Below are positions 48,026-58,413 of a stretch of DNA of 64,000 nt, one piece after another. The notes under the pieces are model-generated. The model searched no databases, was not told the DNA's origin, and was given only the letters and a program-made list of their open reading frames with translations. The translations under genes and the position numbers were made by a program. Source of the DNA: an uncultured Bacillales bacterium (GTDB lineage: Bacteria > Bacillota_I > Bacilli_A > RF39 > UBA660); assembly GCA_946624985.1 (NCBI GenBank), contig CAMOSQ010000004.1, positions 7,034 through 71,033 of the forward strand. Reading direction: 5' to 3'. Every line of letters starts with the position of its first letter. The stretch's first letter is position 1.

Positions 48026-49501
48026 TTATAAAACAATCGCAAATAAATTACCACTACCTTTATTTACAAGTTTAGTCAAAGTTTGTTGTAACTTTATACG
48101 AGCATTGTCAGGCATCAAAGATAACTTAGCTTGAATACCTTCCTTAACAATAACATCTAAACTTCTACCAAAAATTTCACTCTTCCAAATATTTCCTGGT
48201 TCCTTATCATAATCACGCATTAAATAATCAATTAACTCTTTACTTTGAATTTCAGAACCAATAATAGGCTCAAATGTAGACTCAACATCAACTCTAATCA
48301 TATGAATAGAAGGCGCAACTGCTTTAAGTTTAACACCATATCTACTCCCTTGTTTAATTATTTCAGGAGTATCTAATTTCATATCTGAAAGACTTGGAGA
48401 AGCAACGCCATATCCAGTAGTTTTAACCATTTTTAAAGCTGATTTAATTTGATCATACTCATGCTTAGCCTCATTATACTCTTGAAATAAAGATAATAAC
48501 TGAGACTTACTTGTAATATCAACACCAATTATATCCTTAAGAACAGTATTATATAAATCATTAGGTGCCTCTAAATTAATAGTTACAACACCAGTCGAAG
48601 TATCAACATTAGAAATATATGATTTACTAATATGCTCACAATCAGAAAAGTGCGAAATAATTGTATCAATATCACGTACTTTATCAACATCAACAACACT
48701 TTCCCTAATCTTATCAATATAAATTTTCTTTAACCAGTTATCACTAGATAAACAAGCAATCCACTCAGGCATATTAACCTTTACCTCCAAAACAGGAAAT
48801 TCATATAAAGCTTCCTTTAAAATATTATAAATTTCCCTATCAGTCATTCCCTCAACACTAATAGGAAGAACTGGAACATCATAATCATCACTCAGCCTAG
48901 AAGCAAGTCTCTCAGTTTCAGGTAACATTGGATGAGTAGAATTTAAAACAACAATAAAAGGCTTACCAATTTCCTTTAACTCACTTACAATACGTTGTTC
49001 GGCATCAACATAATTTTCCCTATCAATCTCACCAATAGAACCATCAGTAGTAACTAAAATACCAATACTTGAATGATCCTTAATTACCTTACTAGTACCA
49101 ATTTCAGCAGCCTCAACAAAAGGAATTTCTTCATCATACCATGGCGTCCTAACCATACGAGGACCATTTTCATCCTCATACCCCTTCGCACCAGGAATAA
49201 TATAGCCAACGCAATCAACCAATCTTACACTAGCACTAAATTCATCTATAGTAATAGAAGCAGCATTACTAGGAACAAACTTAGGTTCAGTAGTCATAAT
49301 AGTCTTTCCCTGAGCACTCTGCGGAATCTCATCCAGAGCCCTTTTTCTTTCATACTCATCAGCAATATTAGGAACAACTAAATTCTCAATAACCTTTTTT
49401 ATAAAAGTACTTTTACCAGTTCTAACAGCGCCAACAACACCTAAATAAAGATCACCACCCGTACGCTCAGTTATACTCTTAATAATATCTATTTTTTCCA
49501 T
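48026..49501 (-). CDS. spoIVA: stage IV sporulation protein A
   Basis: Walker A GAVRTGKST and a SpoIVA-typical full-length sequence. Confidence 0.95.
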   Translation of the reverse strand: MEKIDIIKSITERTGGDLYLGVVGAVRTGKSTFIKKVIENLVVPNIADEYERKRALDEIPQSAQGKTIMTTEPKFVPSNAASITIDEFSASVRLVDCVGYIIPGAKGYEDENGPRMVRTPWYDEEIPFVEAAEIGTSKVIKDHSSIGILVTTDGSIGEIDRENYVDAEQRIVSELKEIGKPFIVVLNSTHPMLPETERLASRLSDDYDVPVLPISVEGMTDREIYNILKEALYEFPVLEVKVNMPEWIACLSSDNWLKKIYIDKIRESVVDVDKVRDIDTIISHFSDCEHISKSYISNVDTSTGVVTINLEAPNDLYNTVLKDIIGVDITSKSQLLSLFQEYNEAKHEYDQIKSALKMVKTTGYGVASPSLSDMKLDTPEIIKQGSRYGVKLKAVAPSIHMIRVDVESTFEPIIGSEIQSKELIDYLMRDYDKEPGNIWKSEIFGRSLDVIVKEGIQAKLSLMPDNARIKLQQTLTKLVNKGSGNLFAIVL

Positions 49502-49586
49502 ATCAACCCTCTACTTTCAACTATTCATTAAAATCTATGATAAATGTCAAATTAATAGTACAAAAAAAACTACTTTCTAGTAGTTT

Positions 49587-50240
49587 TCAAGCAGAAATCA
49601 CATTATGATTATATTCATCAATTATATCCTTATTACTGACAGGCGTGTAATTTTTTATATTATTAAGAAAAACCTCTAAAGGATCATATCCCTTTTTTAA
49701 TAAATCCTCACCATAATCTTTCATAAAATTTCTATAAGACTTTAAAACCAACTGTTCAATATACTCTTGAGTTTCCTTTGTCTTTTTAGCAAACATTAAA
49801 TTATTATTTGAATTTCTCTGAATAGTTCCAAAAAGTTCACTAGAAATATTAAGAATAGTATCCCTATATGAAACATTAGTACCATAAGTAACACTCTTGA
49901 ATAAAAGAGAAAAATCCTTATTACCACTTTCCATATATTCACATATCTTAGGTATACTAAAACATCCATTCAAATCATATTTAATACTTGCTTTTCTAAA
50001 CTCAATATCCTTCTTAAATCCCTCAGTTTTTTGAATATATATACTCCTTACTCTATCAACGAGACTATCATGAGACATCAAAATAGAAGGAAAATTTTCA
50101 TGAACATACAATAATACCTTATCAACTAAATCAGAAATATTAACATCCATATTATCATATAAAGCAACATCAATAACATTAGAAATATTTTCAATAAAGT
50201 CAACATATTCAGTAACATATCTTCTATATCCTATGTCCAT
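49587..50240 (-). CDS. hypothetical protein
   Basis: ATG at 50240 follows GGTGG. I recognised no family. Confidence 0.45.
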   Translation of the reverse strand: MDIGYRRYVTEYVDFIENISNVIDVALYDNMDVNISDLVDKVLLYVHENFPSILMSHDSLVDRVRSIYIQKTEGFKKDIEFRKASIKYDLNGCFSIPKICEYMESGNKDFSLLFKSVTYGTNVSYRDTILNISSELFGTIQRNSNNNLMFAKKTKETQEYIEQLVLKSYRNFMKDYGEDLLKKGYDPLEVFLNNIKNYTPVSNKDIIDEYNHNVISA

Positions 50241-50313
50241 GCTTACCACCTATTATTCATTTTAGCACACCTAAAAAATGAAAACAAGAAAAAATCATTA
50301 AAAAATAATGATT

Positions 50314-50559
50314 CTAAAACATTTTATCTATATCTTTAGGAACATTATCATTAACAACTGCATTAATTATTTTATCTTCCTTATCCTTAGAGACCTCTCT
50401 ACCAGTCATTTGACTAAGTTCTTGGATTACCTCTCTTAAAGTATTTTCATTCTTCAAATCATTTTCCTGTAACTTCTTAGCAAGATCTAAAATAGTTTGT
50501 TTATTTACATTTGTCTTCTTTTCAATACGTTTAAAAAAACCATCAGAAAGATTAGTCAT
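50314..50559 (-). CDS. SpoVIF-like small protein
   Basis: Start at MTNLSDGFFKRIEKK after AGGAGG. The pattern LREVIQELSQMTGREVSKDKEDKIINAVV..VPKD resembles stage VI sporulation protein F. The ORF-track N-terminal extension overlaps der and was rejected. Confidence 0.55.
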   Translation of the reverse strand: MTNLSDGFFKRIEKKTNVNKQTILDLAKKLQENDLKNENTLREVIQELSQMTGREVSKDKEDKIINAVVNDNVPKDIDKMF

Positions 50560-50602
50560 AAAAAAACCTCCTACACTAATATATGTAGAAGATTTAAAAA
50601 TG

Positions 50603-51919
50603 CTATAAACTTTCTTCACCTTTATTTTTAAAATTAATAACAATTGGAGTACCTTCAAAATCAAAAGACTCACGAATCTTATTCTCCAAATATCTTTCAT
50701 AAGAAAAATGAACAAGTCCTTTACTATTAACCTGAATATCAAAAGTTGGAGGACAATTAGAAACCTGGGTAGAAAAATAAATCTTAAGCCTCTTTCCTTT
50801 ATAAGAAGGAGGTAAATTTAAACTATAAGCATCCATAATAACATCATTAATTAAACTAGTTTTAATTTCTTTCTTACTATTTTCATATACCTTTTTAATC
50901 TCAGGAATCAAAGTATGAATACGCTTATGAGTCTTAGCAGATAAAAATACAATTGGAGCATAAGACATAAACTGGAAATTATTTCTAATATTACGAGTAA
51001 ACTCTTTCATCTTTTCATCTTTATCCTCAATAACATCCCACTTATTAACAACAATTACAACTGCCTTACCAGCCTCAATTGCATAACCAGCAATATGTTT
51101 ATCATGTTCAATAATACCCTCTTCAGCATTAATAACAATAACACATACATCAGATCTATCAATTGCCTTTAAAGATCTAAGTAAACTATACTTCTCAACA
51201 CTCTCATATACCTTACCCTTTTTTCTCATACCAGCAGTATCAATTACAACAAACTCTTCACCATAATAAGTAAAAGGTGTGTCAATAGCGTCCCTTGTAG
51301 TACCAGCTACATCTGAAACAATAATTCTATCCTCATTTAATAATGCATTAGCCAAACTGCTCTTACCAACATTTGGTCTGCCAATCAAACAAAACTTAAT
51401 GCTAGACTTATACTCTTCCTCATAAACAGGAAAATCACTAACAACCATATCCATTAAATCACTAATACCAATATTTTGTTCACCACTAACAAAAGCGTAA
51501 TTATCAAAACCAAGTTCATAAAAAGAATATTGATTATCACTAGCTAACTTACTATCAACCTTATTAACAACAACAATAACCTTCTTATTACACTTACATA
51601 ACATATCCTTTACAGTATAATCATTGCTAGTTAAACCTTCCTTACCATCAACAACAAATAAAACAACATCAGCCTCATCTATAGCTAACTCTGCTTGAAC
51701 CTTAATCTCTTCATTAAAATCCATATTACTTAAATCAATACCACCAGTATCAATTAAATGAAAATTATAACCATCATAACTAACATTACCATAAATTCTA
51801 TCACGAGTAATACCTGGAGTATCCTCTATAATAGAAACCTTTTTACCAACTAATTTATTAAATAAAGTAGATTTACCTACATTAGGTCTACCAACTAAAG
51901 CAACAACTGGCTTCTTCAT
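50603..51919 (-). CDS. der: ribosome biogenesis GTPase Der (EngA)
   Basis: Two G domains (GRPNVGKST twice) and a KH-like C-terminus. Confidence 0.95.
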   Translation of the reverse strand: MKKPVVALVGRPNVGKSTLFNKLVGKKVSIIEDTPGITRDRIYGNVSYDGYNFHLIDTGGIDLSNMDFNEEIKVQAELAIDEADVVLFVVDGKEGLTSNDYTVKDMLCKCNKKVIVVVNKVDSKLASDNQYSFYELGFDNYAFVSGEQNIGISDLMDMVVSDFPVYEEEYKSSIKFCLIGRPNVGKSSLANALLNEDRIIVSDVAGTTRDAIDTPFTYYGEEFVVIDTAGMRKKGKVYESVEKYSLLRSLKAIDRSDVCVIVINAEEGIIEHDKHIAGYAIEAGKAVVIVVNKWDVIEDKDEKMKEFTRNIRNNFQFMSYAPIVFLSAKTHKRIHTLIPEIKKVYENSKKEIKTSLINDVIMDAYSLNLPPSYKGKRLKIYFSTQVSNCPPTFDIQVNSKGLVHFSYERYLENKIRESFDFEGTPIVINFKNKGEESL

Positions 51920-52124
51920 AATACCAACCGCCTTTCTTAACTCAAAATACCTGGACATATTATAACAAATTAATAAACATTAATCAAATAGTTTTTTTAC
52001 CTAAAAAGCACTTTTGTAACAAATGAAAAAGTAGATTTCTCTACTTCAAAGAAATTTATAGTCAAATTCCATTTTTTGATAATTAACATATTGATTATTT
52101 ATATAAAATATGTTATTATGTATG

Positions 52125-52243
52125 TAGTGAAGCAATACTTCATATAATAAAAAAGAGATATGCTTGATACTGGAATGTTAAGTGCTTATCTCCAAATGGT
52201 TATTTGTTGAAAAACACCAAACTCATCTGAGTCAGGTGTTTTT
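52125..52243 (+). ncRNA. candidate antitoxin sRNA of TA-like module 2
   Basis: Promoter TTGATT (52090-95), 17-nt spacer, TATTAT (52113-18). 5' hairpin ugaag-caaua-cuuca. Bidirectional terminator acacc...actca-tc-tgagt...ggtgt plus T6 (52213-52244). Confidence 0.45.
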
Positions 52244-52321
52244 TCTATCTTCTCTTGCGTCTTTTTGGAATTCCACGCACTACTAAAAGAATAAGTAGTA
52301 CTAGGACTAAATTGTAATCCA
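52244..52321 (-). CDS. 25-aa hydrophobic/polybasic peptide, candidate type I toxin: MDYNLVLVLLILLVVRGIPKRRKRR
   Basis: Promoter TTGACT-17-TATAAT, sharing ttaattacaagttataat with module 1. Upstream hairpin CCUCC-N10-GGAGG. SD GAAAGGA lies 7 nt before the ATG at 52321. An alternative overlapping 54-aa frame starts at 52349. Confidence 0.45.
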
Positions 52322-52463
52322 TAATAGATCCTTTCCAGTAATTTTTCCATATAGACCACCTCCTTACAATAACGGAGGTAAACACCTAACTATCTTGCAT
52401 ATCTCAACTACAATTATAACTTGTAATTAACCATTAAGTCAATATAAAAATAAATTTTTTGTA

Positions 52464-52493
52464 AACAAAAAGTAGAGTTTAAAAACTCTACTT
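52464..52493 (-). terminator. clpB terminator
   Basis: Hairpin gtagagt-ttaaaa-actctac plus a U-run on the minus strand. Confidence 0.6.
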
Positions 52494-54587
52494 TAATATT
52501 ATATTATTATCTAATACATCAATAGTAATAATGCTTCCAAATTTAACCTCACCTTCAATAATCTTTCTAGCAAGCAAATTCTCAACATTCTTACTAATAA
52601 ATCTCTTAATAGGTCTAGCTCCATACTGTTCATTATAAGCAGACTCAACAATAAACTCCTTAGCTTTATCAGTAATTAATAAAGAAATCTTTTTATCTCT
52701 TAATCTATACTCAATCTCTTTAACAATCTTACCAATAATATCATAAACAACAGTCTTAGAAAGTGAATTAAATATAACAATCTCATCAATACGATTTATA
52801 AACTCAGGTCTAAATGTAGACTTAAGCTCATCCATAACAAGATCCTTATTACCTTCCATAATATGTTCACTACCTAAATTAGAAGTCATAATAATAATTG
52901 TATTCTTAAAATCAACAGTTCTACCTTGAGAATCAGTAATACGACCATCATCTAATATTTGTAACAAAATATTAAATACATCTCTATGAGCTTTCTCAAT
53001 CTCATCAAATAAAACAATACTATAAGGATTACGTCTTACAGCCTCAGTTAATTGTCCACCCTCATCATATCCAACATATCCTGGAGGAGCACCAACTAAT
53101 CTAGAAACAGAAAACGCTTCCATATACTCACTCATATCAATTCTAACCATATGACGTTCATCATCAAATAATTCAGATGCCAAACTCTTAGCAACCTCAG
53201 TCTTACCAACACCAGTAGGACCTAAAAATATAAATGAACCAATTGGACGATTAGGATCCTTAATACCAGCACGAGCACGAATAATAGCTTCACTAACAAG
53301 TGATAAAGCCTCATCCTGACCCTTAACACGCTTCATCATATTACTCTTTAAATTAAGTAGCTTTTCCTTTTCTCCACCAACTAACTTAGAAACAGGAATA
53401 TTAGTCCATTTAGAAATAATTTCAGCAATTCTCTCATCATCAACAGTGTCACTTAAAATTTGAGACTCATCCACTTTACGTAAATTCTCTAAATCCTTCT
53501 CTAACTTAGGAATAGTACCATGGCGAAGTCTAGCAGCAGCCTCTAAATCATACTTATTCTCAGCCACATCTAAATCAAATTTAGCGCGACCTAATTCCTC
53601 TTTCTTACGATTAATTAAATCATTAATATTCTTCTCTTTTTCCCACTTCTGACGCAATTCATCTTCTTGTTTCTTAAGAATAGTAATTTGATCCTTAATC
53701 TCAAGAGTTCTTTTAACTGAAATATCATCTTGTTCCTTCTTAATAGCTTCTAACTCAATTTGTAATCTCATAATCTTACGAGTCAAAGTATCAAGTTCAA
53801 CAGGAACAGAATTCATTTGAACTTTAATAGTAGCGCATGCCTCATCAATCAAATCAATTGCCTTATCAGGTAAAAATCTATCAGTAATATATCTATCAGA
53901 TAAAGTAGCCGCAGCAACTAAAGCATTATCCTTTATATTAACTCCATGATATACTTCAAATCTTTCCTTAAGACCACGAAGAATAGTAATAGTATCAACT
54001 ACATTAGGTTCGCTAACAAGAACCTTTTGAAATCTACGTTCTAAGGCTCCATCCTTTTCAATATACTTACGATACTCATTCAAAGTAGTCGCACCAATAA
54101 CATGAATCTCACCACGAGCAAGCATTGGCTTTAACATATTACCAGCATCCATTGCACCCTCAGCACCTGCTCCAACTATCATATGAATCTCATCAATAAA
54201 CATGATAATCTCACCATCAGAATCTTTAACCTCTTTTAAAACTGCCTTAAGTCTTTCCTCAAATTCACCACGATACTTAGCACCAGCAACAAGCGCCCCC
54301 ATATCAAGTTCCCAAACTTTTTTATTCTTTAAAGTATCAGGAATATCACCTTTAATAATTCTTTGAGCAAGTCCCTCTACAATAGCAGTCTTACCAACAC
54401 CAGGCTCACCTATTAAAACAGGATTATTCTTAGTCTTACGAGATAAAATTCTAGTTAAACTACGAATTTCTTCATCCCTACCTATAACAGGATCAACCTT
54501 ACCATTATTAACAGAAGCCGTAATATCACGACCATACTTCTCTAAAACATTTTCCAAATTTTCTTGATAAGGATTTTGTTCATTCAT
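52488..54587 (-). CDS. clpB: ATP-dependent chaperone ClpB
   Basis: Two AAA+ modules (GEPGVGKTA and GPTGVGKTE) with a long middle coiled coil. ATG at 54587 follows AAGGAGG. Confidence 0.95.
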   Translation of the reverse strand: MNEQNPYQENLENVLEKYGRDITASVNNGKVDPVIGRDEEIRSLTRILSRKTKNNPVLIGEPGVGKTAIVEGLAQRIIKGDIPDTLKNKKVWELDMGALVAGAKYRGEFEERLKAVLKEVKDSDGEIIMFIDEIHMIVGAGAEGAMDAGNMLKPMLARGEIHVIGATTLNEYRKYIEKDGALERRFQKVLVSEPNVVDTITILRGLKERFEVYHGVNIKDNALVAAATLSDRYITDRFLPDKAIDLIDEACATIKVQMNSVPVELDTLTRKIMRLQIELEAIKKEQDDISVKRTLEIKDQITILKKQEDELRQKWEKEKNINDLINRKKEELGRAKFDLDVAENKYDLEAAARLRHGTIPKLEKDLENLRKVDESQILSDTVDDERIAEIISKWTNIPVSKLVGGEKEKLLNLKSNMMKRVKGQDEALSLVSEAIIRARAGIKDPNRPIGSFIFLGPTGVGKTEVAKSLASELFDDERHMVRIDMSEYMEAFSVSRLVGAPPGYVGYDEGGQLTEAVRRNPYSIVLFDEIEKAHRDVFNILLQILDDGRITDSQGRTVDFKNTIIIMTSNLGSEHIMEGNKDLVMDELKSTFRPEFINRIDEIVIFNSLSKTVVYDIIGKIVKEIEYRLRDKKISLLITDKAKEFIVESAYNEQYGARPIKRFISKNVENLLARKIIEGEVKFGSIITIDVLDNNIILK

Positions 54588-54654
54588 AATATACCTCCTT
54601 TTCATACTAAAAAAGTGGGTGTTTTTTCCACTCACTTATAATTATACTCATATT

Positions 54655-54681
54655 TTAGCACTTGTCAAGATAGAGTGCTAA
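54655..54681. promoter_or_regulatory. CIRCE (HrcA operator) overlapping the clpB promoter
   Basis: ttagcactt-gtcaagata-gagtgctaa. -35 TTGACA at 54668..54663 and -10 TATAAT at 54646..54641. Confidence 0.8.
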
Positions 54682-54697
54682 AAAACATTCTATTTTT

Positions 54698-55669
54698 TTA
54701 CAAATGCTTCTTTTGATTTTCTAATAAACTTGCTAAAGAATTACTCCTAGTACTCCATCCCATACGTAACATAGAAGACACTCCATCACGAGAAGAATAA
54801 ATCAAACCATTATCATTACTATATAAAATAAATTTTTCACCAGCAGATTGTCTTACATAAAATAAAGTAACAATTCTTTCACTATCTTTATAATATAAAT
54901 TAAACTCTTGATAATCTATGCCTATATCAGAAAAAAGAGATGATAAAACTCTACCAACAAACTGTTTTCCCTCCAAATGACCCTTGAATACTTTACCTGC
55001 CATTATCTGAGATACTTTTTCAAATCCAATCTTAACAATATCAGCATCAAAATCATTTTTATAAATTTCTAAAATTTCCCTTTTAGCAGAATAAATTATA
55101 TCATTCATATATTTGCCAGTAACATTAATACCAGTAACTTTATCCAATCTAATACAATCAGACTTGCTTAACGTAGAATATTTTGGATTATCCTCAATAT
55201 CTTTAGAATGAGCATACTCCTCACGACAAAAATGTTCAGTAATCATTCCACTCTGAATTTGAAATAAATCAAGAGACAAATCGACAATATATTTTTTATG
55301 AGTTTCTAATTCATGTAACTCAACCGCAACATGATCACGACCAGCAGCATGCATTCCTCTAGTAGGAATACGTCTCGGAATAACCCTTGCTTCTAAACCT
55401 TCAATATTATTAAACATCAAAGACAAAAGATAAGACATCTGAATACAAGTTTGATAATAATCAGAACTATTATTTTCAAAATCTATTTCCTTATCAGCAA
55501 TTTTAATATTATCAGCAACTCTATAATCATAACTAAAAATATGACCAGCTTTATTATATAACCAATATGCTTTTTCAATAGGTTTTAAACTTTCAGGAAC
55601 ATTTAATAAAATTAAATTAAGTTCACCTATCAAATTACTTTTCATAGGCAAAATTTCTTTCTTTTCCAT
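54698..55669 (-). CDS. hypothetical protein with a transglutaminase-like Cys-His-Asp pattern
   Basis: YYQTCIQMSYLL ... GRDHVAVEL ... YIVDLSLD. ATG at 55669 follows GGTGA. Confidence 0.4.
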   Translation of the reverse strand: MEKKEILPMKSNLIGELNLILLNVPESLKPIEKAYWLYNKAGHIFSYDYRVADNIKIADKEIDFENNSSDYYQTCIQMSYLLSLMFNNIEGLEARVIPRRIPTRGMHAAGRDHVAVELHELETHKKYIVDLSLDLFQIQSGMITEHFCREEYAHSKDIEDNPKYSTLSKSDCIRLDKVTGINVTGKYMNDIIYSAKREILEIYKNDFDADIVKIGFEKVSQIMAGKVFKGHLEGKQFVGRVLSSLFSDIGIDYQEFNLYYKDSERIVTLFYVRQSAGEKFILYSNDNGLIYSSRDGVSSMLRMGWSTRSNSLASLLENQKKHL

Positions 55670-55719
55670 ATAATCACCATTCAACAAAATATTATCATTT
55701 TTTTAACACAATGTCAAAA

Positions 55720-56646
55720 CTATCTAACTAATCTTTTAGATTTTGTATTTTCTAAAATTGCCCTCATAGTCTTCAAACGAGCAGATATTGCTTTATTCAA
55801 CCAAAATCCAACAGATAAAGGAAATTCAAAACTATTATTTACATTAATTCTAGAATTAATATTATCTATAGCAGACAATACGTCAATTCTTTCTAAACAA
55901 TACATTATTTCCTCAACCTCATTAGGAAAAGATTTACAAATAGACTCAAAATCCTCATAAAAATTATCAGAGCTATTATTACTAACCTTCAAAGAATACT
56001 TAATAGAATCAATCAAATTATATAACTTATTGTCACACATAAAATAAGATAAACCAGACAATATAGACTCAATATTATTATTCATCATACACATAGTTGA
56101 ACAATCATAAATAGGCGCTAAAGAAATATTGCCATTAATATTTCTAATCAAACTCCAATTAGTATTATTTCTATCAGACTCCATAATAGCCAAATCAAAA
56201 CACCATAACTCCAACAATCTAAATAAAATAACCTCTGAAATATCATCCAAATGACCCTCCTGAATAGCAACAGCATTCAAAATATTTTCAATACTATTCT
56301 CCCTAAAACTCATATTTAAATTATTTTGAAGCGAAATAACACGAGCATTATTTAAATACTGATCACCACTAATTATAATATCCCCTTTTTTTAAAAAAGA
56401 AGGAGTTAAAACACCAGTATCACCATCTAAAATAGCTAAATCATAAAAAGCAGATGGAAAACCACACTGTCTAGCAAGCTCACAAGAAATAAGTTCAGCA
56501 TATATTTCATAATTAGATCCACCAGTCTTAAACAAATATTTTTTCTTATCATTTGATAACCAAATCTTTTTTTTACGTCCTATTATATAATCATCAAGTT
56601 TTTGATATTCATCAAGTAATAATCTCCCTTTATCATCTCTCAACAT
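55720..56646 (-). CDS. HipA-like kinase-fold protein (catalytic loop variant)
   Basis: LFKTGG..., ESDRNNTNWSLI and LAPIYDCS resemble the HipA C-terminal motifs (D-x-H-x-x-N loop and xPxYD), with Asn in place of His. Confidence 0.4.
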   Translation of the reverse strand: MLRDDKGRLLLDEYQKLDDYIIGRKKKIWLSNDKKKYLFKTGGSNYEIYAELISCELARQCGFPSAFYDLAILDGDTGVLTPSFLKKGDIIISGDQYLNNARVISLQNNLNMSFRENSIENILNAVAIQEGHLDDISEVILFRLLELWCFDLAIMESDRNNTNWSLIRNINGNISLAPIYDCSTMCMMNNNIESILSGLSYFMCDNKLYNLIDSIKYSLKVSNNSSDNFYEDFESICKSFPNEVEEIMYCLERIDVLSAIDNINSRINVNNSFEFPLSVGFWLNKAISARLKTMRAILENTKSKRLVR

Positions 56647-56699
56647 AATACTCACCACACAAAATATAAAGATATACTAACACAAACTGAAAAAAAATA

Positions 56700-57164
56700 C
56701 TAGCTTATTTCTAGTATTTTTACTTCATATTCACCATTAGGACTTGTTACTTTAACAATTTCTCCAGCTTTCTTACCGATTATAGCTTGAGCAATTGGTG
56801 ACTCATTAGATATTTTATTATTAAAAGGATCAGCTTCTTTACTACCAACAATTGAATACTCTTCAGTATCTCCATCACCTACATATTCAATTTTAACACT
56901 GCTACCAATAGAAACTTTACCATTATTTACTTCTTTAATAATTACAGCATGCTCAATCATTGCTTCTAATTCAACAATTTTAGCCTCAACTGTAGCTTGT
57001 TCAGCCCTTGCAGCATCATACTCTGCATTCTCACTTAAATCACCTAAAGCACGAGCCTCTTTTAAAGCATTAATTACCTCAGGTCTCTTAGTCATTTTCA
57101 AATATTCTAGCTCATCTTGAATAGACTTTAACCCCTCTTCAGTCAAATAAGTTTCTCCTGTCAT
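56700..57164 (-). CDS. greA: transcription elongation factor GreA
   Basis: GreA-typical sequence (GDLSENAEYDAA). Confidence 0.95.
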   Translation of the reverse strand: MTGETYLTEEGLKSIQDELEYLKMTKRPEVINALKEARALGDLSENAEYDAARAEQATVEAKIVELEAMIEHAVIIKEVNNGKVSIGSSVKIEYVGDGDTEEYSIVGSKEADPFNNKISNESPIAQAIIGKKAGEIVKVTSPNGEYEVKILEIS

Positions 57165-57224
57165 GTTATCACCTCAATCTTTTTTGACGTACAAAATCAT
57201 ACTACATATTACAACTTTTGTCAA

Positions 57225-58412
57225 CTATTTTTTTCTCATTAAATCATATCTAGAAAAATCACCAACAACAGGTATTTTAATAATCTCTTTAGGATGACGA
57301 GCAACCTCTAAACTATTACCTAAAGCATCATACATAGATGAAATTACAAAACTAAATATTTCCTTACCCGGACCAAATATTTCTACAGAATCTCCTACTT
57401 TAAAATAATTACGTTGCTCTATAGTTAAATACTTTCCATCATAATCAAGAACAACACCTAAAAAATCTTGATTAGATACTTCCATACGACCATTATAATA
57501 ACTGCACGAAGAATCATACTTACCATTAAAAAACTGTGGAACAGAATCCCTATTCGCGCATCTAGTAAGAATATCCTCATACTTCTTATTATATGCATAA
57601 TTTTCTTTATCGTGATAATAAGAATCAATTACTCTTCGATAAATATCAACAACAGTCGCAACATAATATAAAGATCTCATTCTACCCTCTATCTTTAAAG
57701 AAGTAATACCCATATCAATCATATCAGGAACATACTGTAACATAGATAAATCCTTAGTACAAAAAGTAAATGGCTTATCACCTTTAATCTCATTAAAATC
57801 ACTATCTAATAAATCAAAATCCCATCTACAAATCTGACTACATCCGCCACGATTCGCATCCCTATTAGTTAAATAATTAGATAAAACACATCTACCACTA
57901 TAACTAGAACACATCGCTCCATGAACAAAACACTCAATCTCAATATCAACATTATCAAGTATATCCTGTATATCATCCCTACTACACTCACGAGCAAGAA
58001 CAATTCTAGAAACACCTAAATTCTTCCAAAATAAAGCCGCCTCACGATTAATTGTACATGCTTGTGTAGATAAATGAACACATAAATTTGTCTTCTTTAA
58101 AGCTAAATCAATAATAGCAGGATCAGAAGCAATAATCGCATCAATTCCTATCTTATCTAACTCTAGTAAATAATCAAGAATATGATTAACTTCCTTATTA
58201 TGCATAACAATATTAACAGTTACATATAACTTCTTATTTAAACTGTGTGCGAGTTTTACACCTTCTTTTAAATCAGATAAACTAAAATTATCAGCATTGG
58301 CCCTAAGAGAAAATAAATCACCACCAACATATACAGCATCCGCACCATATAAAAAAGCAATCTTTAATCTTTCTAAATCTCCCGCAGGAGCAAGTAATTC
58401 AATCTTATCCAT
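57225..58412 (-). CDS. peptidase U32 family protein (YrrO type)
   Basis: Begins ELLAPAGDLERLKIAFLYGADAVYVGG, with a U32 core carrying a Cys-rich motif. Confidence 0.85.
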   Translation of the reverse strand: MDKIELLAPAGDLERLKIAFLYGADAVYVGGDLFSLRANADNFSLSDLKEGVKLAHSLNKKLYVTVNIVMHNKEVNHILDYLLELDKIGIDAIIASDPAIIDLALKKTNLCVHLSTQACTINREAALFWKNLGVSRIVLARECSRDDIQDILDNVDIEIECFVHGAMCSSYSGRCVLSNYLTNRDANRGGCSQICRWDFDLLDSDFNEIKGDKPFTFCTKDLSMLQYVPDMIDMGITSLKIEGRMRSLYYVATVVDIYRRVIDSYYHDKENYAYNKKYEDILTRCANRDSVPQFFNGKYDSSCSYYNGRMEVSNQDFLGVVLDYDGKYLTIEQRNYFKVGDSVEIFGPGKEIFSFVISSMYDALGNSLEVARHPKEIIKIPVVGDFSRYDLMRKK

Positions 58413-58413
58413 A

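Noticed and set aside
52187-52349. 54-aa ORF (MEKLLERIYYGLQF...QQITIWR) starting at the SD-proximal ATG in TA-like module 2, considered as the real product.
   Set aside because: Not fully rejected. It is hydrophilic, runs through the bidirectional terminator and has no counterpart in module 1. The overlapping 25-aa hydrophobic frame parallels the module 1 peptide. I ranked it second and flagged it for experimental test.
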